From positions 193,626,001-193,690,000 of the forward strand of contig NC_042997.1 of assembly GCF_006345805.1 (NCBI RefSeq): 64,000 nt of DNA, written 5' to 3'. The notes below the pieces were generated by a model. It saw only the letters and a list, made by a program, of their open reading frames with translations. It was not told the DNA's origin and did no database searches. Below are positions 53,003-64,000 of this stretch, in pieces (position 1 is the stretch's first letter; every line of letters starts with the position of its first letter). The DNA is from Octopus sinensis. Taxonomy: Eukaryota. Made by a program: the position numbers and the translations under genes.

Positions 53003-53300
53003 GACTATCTATTATATAAAATCCGTTCTGTCTGTCTGTGTGTGAGTGTCTTCTAGGATCTCGGGCATCCTCCATCCGATTGCACTCAAATTTGATATGT
53101 AGATACCGACGGTATCAAGGCGTGTATAAGTCTTGAAAAAATTACAAAAATCGATTCCAGGTGAGAATGCGATCGATAAAGCCGTGGGAACGTGCGTTTG
53201 TACGCGCAAGTACATCAGCTGTTGCGATCGATACTACGCGTACGAGAGAAAAATGCACGTGCAGGTTGCGCAAAAAAAAAAGCCGGCTGGCTTGAAATAA
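53003..53300 (+). mobile_element. Probable non-autonomous Helitron 5' part
   Basis: Start tctattatataaaat..ctgtctgtctg is typical of Helitron-like 5' ends; 3' end not identified. Confidence 0.45.
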
Positions 53301-54177
53301 TGCCACAAAATGTAGTTTATTTAAGAGACCAAAAAAGTAAGATGCAAAAGAGATATTTTCTTAAACTTGGCATGAAGGAAGGAAAGACTATTTGGTTTCT
53401 CAAGAAGTTTTTTTTTTGCCTTAACTTCGTTTAACAAAAAAAATTTTTATTGAAATAAAGGCATGCTTAATTATTTTTTAATGAAAAGAAAACACTGATT
53501 GTTTTTTATTCAGCAGATATGATTCAGCACCGTCCATTGGACGAGGGGGCGTTTCGTTCCTATATATCTGCAGATATCATGTGTGGTAACAGACTAAACT
53601 CCGACTGTAACCTTATTATCCTGTACTAAGTCTAACCGTCTTTTTCTACCTGTTAGCGACTGCAACAACAGCTACGATATGTATATTATGAGCTGCGAGT
53701 GTAGAGAACAAAAATAATTTGTAAACCTCCACTACAAGGCAGACCGTATCTGATTATTATTGATAAGAGACTTACTGAGTCGATATTGACAGTGATTGAT
53801 GCTGATACTGACAGAAGATACTTCAACATAGCAATCTCGCTTCATTTTGGAAAATAAATATCTATCTAACATGCCTTCTCCGCAACTGTTTAGCAGTAAC
53901 TTGAAAATACAATAGAAGCAATCAAAGACAAAACAATAAAAAAAATACCATCATGGATTTCAAAATAAAACGGAATATGATCGTTGATTTATGGGAAGTT
54001 ATCAGCTATGTAGTGATACTTATTACACGTAAATAAGCAAATAAATGCGCTTCTCACCAATATGAAGTGAAAAATAAAATAGAAACTTTACTTGATGTAA
54101 ATCTATCTTCGTTGATGACGAAGGTTAGGTTTTTTATTTTAAAAAAAAGCGTGATTAATGAATCAGTGATAAACGAA

Positions 54178-54347
54178 TCATCACGCATTTTGTGAACAGA
54201 ACAAACAGTAGATTTATTGACACCTTACTCGCAGCCGCCAGCAGCGAAGCTTCCACCGTCACGTATTTTCGTGATTATTTCTACCCTTTCCTGCGTAGGG
54301 TACACTCGGTTGCGTCGTTTGTTAGGATCAAGCGACTTCGTATCTTT
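54178..54347 (-). pseudogene. pogo/Tigger transposase N-terminal (psq-type HTH) remnant
   Basis: KRRNRVYPTQERVEIITKIRDGGSFAAGGCE*GVNKSTVCSVHKMRD resembles the CENP-B/Tigger HTH. Confidence 0.55.
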
Positions 54348-54984
54348 CCTATTTATTGGTCCCGTGTTGACGAGTACGAGTACGTAAATCTATATAAAAA
54401 AATATGCAGCCTTGCCCCATGGTCATGTAAGTGATAATCGGTTAATTCTAGATAGGTGGTTGCTATGGTGTCTTTTTCAGTACAATTATAATCTTCGATT
54501 GATCGCTAACTCATGTTATCACAGATCAATCTGTGATAAGTGTAACATACTTCACAATTGAGCGTGCTGTGTTATTCGGGGTCGACGCTGAATGAATCGG
54601 TGATAAACAAGGCTACATGAACTAAAAAAAGAGAACAAATACATCAGTATAAATTAAACAACACCGAACAAGGTCAAAAGTGGCGAATGAGTAACTCTGG
54701 CCTCAGAAGAAAGTAGATGAGCGAATAAAAATATTAAAAAATTCAATGGAAATTACTCAATACTTAACAAAGGTATGAGAACGATAATCAATAGTCACAG
54801 AGAATCTTTCTCAGGAAGAAACGGATTCTTTTCAGAGAAAAGCTTTTAGTAAAAAAAATGAATTGTCTTAATGAAATGTGGTCAGAAGAAATCCGAAAGA
54901 AGGATTATCTCCAGATTCACTAAAAGCATTATCAATAGTGATATTCTTGAGACCCTTTGTCTATTGGTAACCATCATGAAATTA

Positions 54985-55103
54985 AATACAGGCCATATCA
55001 CGTTGAAAGCACCGGTTCTTGTCCGATCACCGAAGTTAAGCAACGTCCAGCCTAGTTAGTACTTAGATGGGTGACCGCTTGGGAAACCTAGTTGCTGTAA
55101 GCA
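54985..55103 (+). rRNA. 5S rRNA: Solitary 5S rRNA copy, probably a pseudogene
   Basis: ggccatatcacgttgaaagcaccggttcttgtccgatcaccgaagttaagcaacgtc..ttagtacttagatgggtgaccgcttgggaa..gctgtaagc follows the metazoan 5S consensus; degraded 5' end and no TTTT terminator. Confidence 0.9.
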
Positions 55104-55116
55104 TCACACATTTCTA

Positions 55117-55492
<376 letters not shown>

Positions 55493-55829
55493 ATTGCTAT
55501 TGATCTTATGAAGCGTCGCAAAGACAAATTTTAAGGAGACGGTCTCTCTCTCTCTCTCCCCCTTCCTCCCCCTGTCTCTGTTTCTCTCTCTCTCTGCGAT
55601 ACTAGATATAGTTTTAAAAATTTAATTCCTAATAATTTAGATTCGAAATAGCTTTAAAACTTCGAGATAGCAAAGTATCAGGAAGAGACTTTGATAAAGG
55701 TTACTAATACAAGAAAAAAAAAACTGCCTTTCTATCTGGAATATCTTATTGACCTTTACAATGAGTTATCAATGGGTTTTAGAATATCCCAAGCTAGTTG
55801 TTGTTGGCATGAACAAATTTGATACCAAA

Positions 55830-56200
55830 ATACGAAGCAGCTTATAAGACAATGAACAACAGACCAATTGCATTCTTGAAATTAATGCATTAAATATTTA
55901 TGCCCTGTCTGAACCTATTCGTCTTGGGTCACTATGATAACAACCCTATCATCACAGCCAGATACGAAACTGGTAAAATCGTGTTTGGGTGTAGGCTGAG
56001 TAACTTTTAATCAACAAAACTGTGATGTCAGAGTTTCGACCGAATAGGAGAAATTTGATTGCTGTCTGGCTGAATTAGAAAACAAGCATACGATTCTGTT
56101 TCCATGGATGCCACAGGCTAATCGGCTTTCTAAGTTTCCAGAGACTATAATCAACTTTGCTTCGTCCTGAGGCGCCATCTTGAAATTATATACAGGAGGT
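55830..56200 (+). pseudogene. R4/Dong-type RT remnant
   Basis: NNRPIA; NKTVMSEFRPNRRNLIAVWL then (frameshift) QAYDSV, like RNL..AW.DYKKAYDSVPH. Confidence 0.55.
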
Positions 56201-56309
56201 GATTGTATTGTCATTGATGGTATAAGGTATTGCAGAGGAATATTTCATCTCGGATGCACAGAAAACAAAACTAAGCCTAGAGAAGTGGTGGCCAGTGTGA
56301 AGCCTTAGC

Positions 56310-56350
<41 letters not shown>

Positions 56351-56400
56351 ACGCACGCGCACGCGCACGCGCACGCGCGCACGCACGCACGCACGCACGC

Positions 56401-56444
<44 letters not shown>

Positions 56445-56616
56445 CAAATGTATGTATTATTACCGGTTATACCATATAACCGACAGCAGCATCTGACCAG
56501 TTATATGACATGACCAATAATATTTTGTTTGAAAAATCATATAATCACTCTATTACTTATACTGGTTTCAAATTTCGACAGAGGGCCAGCAATTTTGAGG
56601 AAGGGTAAGTAGATTG

Positions 56617-56865
56617 TGGAGGCGCGTGGCTTAGTGGTTAGGGTGTCAGCACCATGATCGTAAGATTGTGGTTTCGATTCCTGGACCGGGCGACGCGTTG
56701 TGTTCTTGAACAAAACACTTCATTTCACGTTGCTCCAGTCCACTCAGCTGGCAAAAATGAGTAACACTGCGATGGACTGGCGTCTCGTCCAGCTGGGGAA
56801 CACATACGCCATAGAAACCGGGAAACCGGGCCCATGAGCCTGGGTAGGTTTTAAAAAGGGCGCAT
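56617..56865 (+). mobile_element. SINE-B with tail type iv, nested in a degenerate SINE-D
   Basis: Near-identical to 37296-37540. Confidence 0.9.
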
Positions 56866-57950
56866 TTATTTTTTTTATTAAGTAAGAAGATTACATCGAC
56901 CTCTCCGCCCCATCCCAGTGCACGACAAGTAGTTATTTTATCGACTCCAGAAAGATAAAACGCAAAGTTGACTCGAGCGGGATTTGAACTCAAAACGTTA
57001 AGTCGGAAGAAATGTCGTTAAACATTTTGTCCGGCGCAGTAACAATTCTGCCGGCGGGCCGCCTTTTTTTTTTGTATATTGAGTGTGCTTTAGTTTCTAA
57101 CAATATATACAGAGTGCGATGGGTAAATTGTCGCCATACTATGTTTTTAATTTTGCGCATGTGCATTGTTTGTATTTGATTCTGTCGACTTCATAGTATT
57201 GTGTGGTCAGTTGGGCACCGTCTGTGAGAAAAAATAGCACAATGAGGCGATTTATTCTTTTTTTCTACTCTAGGCACAAAGCCCGAAATGCATACATACA
57301 TAAATACATACATATATATGTATATAAAAAACAATTAAATTTTGGAAAAATTAAAAGAAAAGTGTTTTAAAAGAATATTTGTATAGTGTTCAAATACAAG
57401 TGGCATTTTCCTTGTTTCTTCCCGAAGAGAGACAGAAACAGGCAGAAGCAAGGAAATACAGAGTAAATGTAGAAAAATAAAGAGAGAGAGAAGTGTCTAT
57501 GACGTGAGGTTGAGGGAACGTAATTGTAACGTTTTCACGTGATTAGTTGAAGAGAAAGAGAGAACAAGAGGAAGAAAGAAAAAGGACAAAAAGAGGATAA
57601 GGAGAAGAGTGAGACAGAAAGAGGAAGAAAGAAAAAGACACTTCTCTCTCTCTTTTTTCTCTCTCTGTATTTTTCTCTTTGTCTATTTTTTTCTTTCCCC
57701 AACTTTTTCTCTAATCACGTGAAAGCGTTACGGGCGGGCTAAGTAATGGAATGACAAGCAGAATTATTATAAGATAGTAGTTGCTTAACCACTACACTAC
57801 TACACTAGAATCAGACTGGAATACGATGATCTACGTGGAGCTCTAAACTTAACAGTAGTAGTCTTACATCTGTTTCGACCCACAGGATATAACAGGCGCA
57901 TACACACACGGACACACGTCTGTGCTCACATATACATGCAAGTATACATA

Positions 57951-58143
57951 TAGGGAGAGTTTACGAAAAAAAACAAAAGACGAAGACAGGTGGTGTACAA
58001 AACAAACAGATGTATTAGTATAACGCTCATGAACAGAAAAAGTCTTTTACGTTTCGAGCCTACGCTCTTCTACAGAAAGGGACACAGAAAAAAAAAACAA
58101 TGAGAGAAAAAAAATGCGTGTAGTGGCTACCTATCTATCATGG

Positions 58144-58177
<34 letters not shown>

Positions 58178-58361
58178 AGAGTTCACAAAAAAAACAAAAG
58201 ACGAAGACAGGTGGTGTACAAAACAAACAGATGTATTAGTATAACGCTCAGGAATAGAAAAAGTCTTTTACGTTTCGAGCCTACGCTCTTCTACAGAAAG
58301 GGACACAGAAAAAACAAGGAGAGAAAAAATGTGTGTAGTGCCTAACGATCTATCATGACGA
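57951..58361 (-). mobile_element. Head-to-tail dimer of the hammerhead-like element, joined by (TA)n
   Basis: Copies at 57951-58146 and 58173-58361; motifs at 58044-58079 and 58265-58300. Confidence 0.75.
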
Positions 58362-58852
58362 CATACATATACATGTGTGCGTGCGTGGTGGTGGTGGTAG
58401 GATGTTAGGGATGAGAACACTGAGAAAGAGAGAGGAATATAGTTCATTGACTTTTTACATTAGAAATATATTTTACGAACACGTAATTACATAGAGCTGG
58501 TCAAATATCAGACATATTGACAAAAAGACACAACATTGACAGATTCGGAAAAAAAGAAAAGTAAATCGATAGATAGTCGGGAAAATACATAGGCAAAGAG
58601 TAGCATAGGTATATGGAGATAGAGAATTAGTTAGACAAATAGTTGGACTTATAAATATATAAATAGGCAGAGTGAAAACGAATGTGAATGCTGGTGACTT
58701 AGATACATCGAACATTACGATCGATCAACGTAAAAGTTTCCAATAAAATGTAACACATTTAGAACTTAAAAGACATTAGAGAACAAAAGGACATCTGAAT
58801 TTTGTGTAGATTTGGCATGGAGTATAACATTTACTAAGACACTAACGATGAA

Positions 58853-59190
58853 TATATATACAGACATACATACATACATATATAATATCGACGGAAGCAG
58901 TATTATATAAAGATTACCTTATATATCTACATATGTGTGTATGAGTATATATATATATATATATGTGTGTGTTCAGAGATAGAAAGAATATATATACATA
59001 CATACATACATATATGATATCGACGGAAGCAGTATTATATAAAGATTACCTTATATATCTACATATGTGTGTCTGAGTATATATATATATATGTTCAGAG
59101 ATAGAGAGAATATATATACATACATACATACATATATATTATCGACGGAAGCAGTATTATATAAAGATTACCTTACTTATCTATATATGT
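58853..59190. repeat. Three-copy minisatellite (periods 132 and 122 bp)
   Basis: atcgacggaagcagtattatataaagattacctta at 58887, 59019 and 59141. Confidence 0.92.
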
Positions 59191-59193
59191 GTG

Positions 59194-59238
<45 letters not shown>

Positions 59239-59241
59239 TAT

Positions 59242-59284
<43 letters not shown>

Positions 59285-59496
59285 TGGTGTGTGTACAGAG
59301 ATAGAGAGAGGGGAGAGAAACGGATAGAAAGAGAGAAACAGACTGTGAGAAGAAGCAAAAGTGAGAAAGATGATCGTTTCAAAGTGTTTTCTCAAGTCAA
59401 CAATCTATAAACGTGATGTAGCGGGAAATGGTTCTTATGGTGAGTTCGGCGCCATGGTTTGATCTAGCTTAATAAATGATCGAATGTGGTTCACTT

Positions 59497-59885
59497 AAGG
59501 CGGCGAGCTGGCAGAAACGTTAGCACGCCGGGTGAAATGCTTAGCGCTATTTCGTCTGCCGTTACGTTCTGAGTTCAAATTCCGCCGAGGTCGACTTTGC
59601 CTTTCATCCCTTTCGGGGTCGCTTAAATAAGTACCAGTTGTGCACTGCGGTCGATATAACCGACTTAATCCGTTTGTCTGTCCTTGTTTGTCCTCTCTGT
59701 GTTTAGCCCCTTGTGGGTAGTGAAGAAATAGGTATTTCGTCTACTGCTACGTTCTGAGTTTAAATTTCACCGAGGTCGACTTTGCCTTTCATCCTTTCGG
59801 AGTCGATAAATTAAGTACCACTTGAGTTCTGGAGTCGATGTAATCGACTTACTCCCTCCCCACAAAATCCAGTCCAGTAGAAATT
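59497..59885 (+). mobile_element. SINE-D dimer (long-tail + short-tail)
   Basis: Family consensus. Confidence 0.88.
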
Positions 59886-59888
59886 CTT

Positions 59889-59957
59889 TTTCTTCTTCTT
59901 CTTCTTCTTCTTCTTCTTCTTCTTCTTCTTCTTCTTCTTCTTCTTCTTCTTCTTCTT

Positions 59958-59988
<31 letters not shown>

Positions 59989-60007
59989 TTATTATTATTA
60001 TTATTAC

Positions 60008-60060
<53 letters not shown>
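59889..60060. repeat. (CTT)n(TTA)n compound microsatellite
   Basis: Direct reading; same arrangement as ~49613-49790. Confidence 0.95.
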
Positions 60061-60061
<1 letters not shown>

Positions 60062-60670
60062 GGTACTAGGGTCGATATAATCGACTAGGTCTCTGCTCCA
60101 CATTTCAGATCTTGTGCCTATAGTAGAAACGGTTAATATTGTTATTAAGCCACCGAACTGGCACGCCGGACAAAATGCTTTGCAGGTTTCGTCCGTCTTT
60201 GAGTTCTGAGTTCAAATTCCGCCGTGGTCGACTTGCCTTCCATCCTTTCGAGGTTAATGAAAGAAATACCAGTCAAGCAATGGGGTTCAATATAATCGGC
60301 ATGACCTCTCTCTCCCACTACAGAAAACACTTGCATAATGTTCCACGCAGTGGGATTGAACATGAAACGACGTGGTTGCAAAGCGAGTTTCTTATCCACG
60401 GGAGAATGAAGAGTGGTGTAACCTATACACGAGTGTGATGAGTGAAGTAAACAGCAAGAATATTGTTAATGACGTAGATGAAAATTTTGAAATATAATTA
60501 AATCTTTTAATCGATAGCGAATGGTTCATAAAGACCTCCATTACATCACGAGATGTCAACCAGAAAATTTTCCCACGTAGATATCAAGGGCAAACAGCGT
60601 TCGTAGTCAGTAACTTTGCAAGGAAATTATTGTACCAGACACAAAGTTACCGTCAGAAAATATACATAGG

Positions 60671-60835
60671 AGGCGCAGGCGTGGCTGTGTGGTAAGAAGC
60701 TTGCTTCCCAACCACATTGTTCTGGGTTCAGTTTCACTGCGTGGCACCTTCAGTAATTGTCTTCTACTATAGACTAGGGCCAACCAAAGCCTCGTGAGCG
60801 GATTTGGAAGACGGAAACTGAAAGAAGCCCGTCGA

Positions 60836-60877
<42 letters not shown>

Positions 60878-61122
60878 TGCGTGTGTGTATTTGTATATAT
60901 CCATGTGTGTCTGTGCTTGTATCTGTCCGTCCCTTCCCGCCATCACGGCTTGACAACCGTTGTTTGGTGTGTTTACGTCCCCTTAATTTAGCGGTTCAGT
61001 TAAAAACTGATGGAACAAGTACTAGGCTTAAAAAAATAAGTCCCGGGGCCGATATGTTTGGCTAAAGGCGGTGTTCCAGCGTGGCCGCAGTCAAATGACT
61101 GAAACAAGTAAAACAGTAAGAG
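60671..61122 (+). mobile_element. SINE-C
   Basis: Family consensus. Confidence 0.88.
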
Positions 61123-61123
61123 A

Positions 61124-61213
<90 letters not shown>

Positions 61214-61217
61214 ATAT

Positions 61218-61270
<53 letters not shown>

Positions 61271-62174
61271 ATATATACATATTACAAAACACTTCATTGT
61301 GTGTGAAATTAAAACGCAGACATTTTTTATACTATTAGATATGTGTGTGTGTGCGTGCGATCGCTTTTGTTTTGACATATTATAAATTGTATAATAAATG
61401 TATTCTCAGGGGTTAATTGTTAATAACGAAAAACCCTGAGGAAGAAATTTATGGCACTTTAGCGGTAGGTAAATAAAAAAATGAGCGCATGATAGTATCT
61501 AAGTGGATATTCTTTTCAGCAGGGTCTTGACTTTGTCTGTGTAAACAATTTGAAAGAATACACTGACGTAAAATTGCTAATATTTGAACAAGATGGTGGA
61601 TTTCTCCAAGAATATTTTAATATCGTTTGCGGGTTTCATTCTGGCAGTTTGCCTCTCGAATCCAATTTCAGGCATCACTTATTGTAGTGTATTCCAGATA
61701 ATGACATCGTGAAGGAGAAAATTGATTCTTCTATTTCGGAAATAATGACTGCATCGTGACAGCGTCATGATTGAATCGTCTGCCTTTTCTGCCTTACTCT
61801 TGACGTTTTCTCCCCGTTTCTATGTACACAACGATTTCTCCCTTAAATGCATTACTTTAGAAGTGATGCCGAGACAGAGACTTATGAGAATGATTAGTAT
61901 CGAACTTGGTTATATTGGTTTTATTAAAAGATGCTGAAATAATCCAGGGGACGTTTAGTTAAATGAGGCTGGAATAGATAGACAAGTCAAACGCTACTCA
62001 TTTTTATGAGTGACTTTTAGCAGTTCTATTTATTCTAGCCTCAACCTGATGAGATATTTTCTCAATCTTATTTGATCATACTACTACTATACATACATAC
62101 ATACATACATACATACATACATACATACATACATACATACATACATACATACATACGCAGACACACACAGAATC

Positions 62175-62385
62175 TTAAAACAGAACACCAAGACGGGTCG
62201 AAATCAGAACAGGGTGTATTAGTTTAACGCTCAGGAAAAACGGAAAAAGTCTGTAACGTTTCGAGCCAACGCCCTCCTACAGAAAGGAAAGATGAAGAGA
62301 AAAAATACGTGTCTGAATTTAACGGTCAAAGCATATGTGTATGTATCATTCAACCACGTTACAGACTTTTTCCGTTTTTCCTGAT
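62175..62385 (-). mobile_element. Diverged copy of the hammerhead-like element with a 29-bp inverted duplication
   Basis: gtattagtttaacgctcagga..aaagtc..tacgtttcgagcc.acgc.ct.ctacagaaagg; inverted repeat 62231-62259 / 62356-62384. Confidence 0.65.
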
Positions 62386-64000
62386 TGAATATATTCTTAA
62401 GTCCACTATTTCGTCAATCGCAGCAGCTTCCATGCTTCACCACTAATTCAGTTCTAAACTACATTGCAAGCTGTCAATAGTTTTAAAGAGGACACTCTCA
62501 GCTACACTTTGGCATAAATAGTTTTAGATTTGTTCTGTAAAAAAAAGATACATCAAAATATCTGTGACCTCAAGGGAGGGGGGAGTAAGGCAGATATTCA
62601 TCTTCAATTAACATAAATTTTTAAATTTTAAATTAAAAGTCTACCTTTCTTAGGCTTAAATGATAGAAAAATGCACGAGGAATTCAGAATCGCTAGTCGC
62701 ATTGAACAAAAATTAGTAGAAAAGTGTTATGAAGTAAATTGTTACGAAATTTCATGTCAGTCAGTAAGGAAGTAAGGTAGTAACGCTTCAGCAATAAGAA
62801 TAAAGAATATATTTCTAAAATGAACGCTTGCTTTCTAAGTCGACGAGCTGGTAGAAACGTTAACGCACCGGGCGAAATTCTAAACGGTAATTCGTCTGTC
62901 TTTACGGTTTTTTTTTTTTGAGATTACTTAATTAATATTTTAAAACTAAACACTTTCAAACTTCCGATACTGGTAGAATGTGTCACATAGAACAGGGTTT
63001 ACTCTTAACGTTTTTGACAAAACTTTGTATTTTAGAAGTTATTCCGTCAGAAGTTAGAGTGACAATGGACAAATACAGCCAATATAGCTTTTGACTTGTT
63101 CTTTAACTTCTGCCAATGATATATATACATATTACATATATGAGTAAAAAACATCTCATCACGCAATCGAACCAATGAAAGAGCCTCTACTTGGCCGCTC
63201 GACACGCTAAAAACAGCAGCCAAAGTATTCTCCTACCTATATTACACGCCCATTGTATGTAATGTCCTAGATTATCCCTAAAAAGACGGTTTGCTGAAGG
63301 CTGGAATGTCTTTGATGATACGTTTGCTGTATCAGGATTTATTTGAGGCTAGATAACAACATTATGGTCAATTTCTATATTAACACCCGCACGATTTTCA
63401 CTAAGAAAAAAGAAATTGATTTTTTGCGTGAAATCAAGTACCCTGACCTCCTAATATGCTGCAAATCCCTTATTTTGGTTGGGGAAAAATGAGGTGGGGG
63501 GTTACCCCCCCCCAATCCCGGAATCATTGGAATTTTTTTTTCGTTGAATGAATTCCTATGACCTCCTAATATTGTAAAATTAGGTTACTTAAGATAAGCC
63601 TAGTAAGTGATGGTTTTGGGGTCTTGTTGTTTGTAACTTATGGTGAGCCATGGTGCAAACAAACAACATGGTAAAAATTCCTGCCATTAATTTGGTGTGG
63701 ATGGGTAATATCAAATAATTCAATCACAACATATATTTAAATTAAACACGAAAAAAATTGATATATTATCATCACTTACATGGAAAAATTGAAATATTAT
63801 CTTTCAGTAGTTTATAAGGTAAAATCTTAAATTATTAATTGACACATTATTAATTATCTTATAACAGCAAAGCCTGGAAAAATCATGCGTTACATGGAAA
63901 AATGCGAGCATGAAAAGTCATATTCTTGAGATTATAAATCTGGAAAAGGACAGGACAAGTTATTACACCTGTAAAAGTATAGAACAAGCTATTACCTCTA

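Overview
Eukaryotic, AT-rich, repeat-saturated non-coding DNA (intergenic or a large intron). The tRNA-derived SINE families and the density of (TA)n, (TATG)n and (CA)n tracts point to an octopus genome; this is an inference. I recognised no host protein-coding exon, and almost all long ORFs in the track are translations of microsatellites. The window contains many copies of four SINE families (local names A-D), decayed LINEs (three RTE, two R4/Dong-type, one CR1/L2-like, one L1/Tx1-like), a Gypsy integrase-tail fragment, mariner, pogo and Helitron-type relics, MITE-like fold-backs, a solitary 5S rRNA copy and two 100-N gaps. Four structures stand out. (1) A 3.7-kb tandem array at 27223-30894 has 14 copies of the 3' tip of an RTE-type LINE, each with a C2H2 zinc finger, stop codon, short 3' UTR and (TATG)n tail, ordered L-A-B-L-A-B-A-C-C-C-A-C-C-C. 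(2) A ~200-bp (TA)n-embedded element family carries a minimal hammerhead-ribozyme-like fold with a fixed non-canonical CUGUWGA core and looks retrozyme/Penelope-like. (3) A ~1-kb near-perfect palindrome lies at 5246-6275. (4) SINE-D multimers are each bounded by a single target-site duplication. All coordinates and alignments were read by eye; family names are provisional without database searches.
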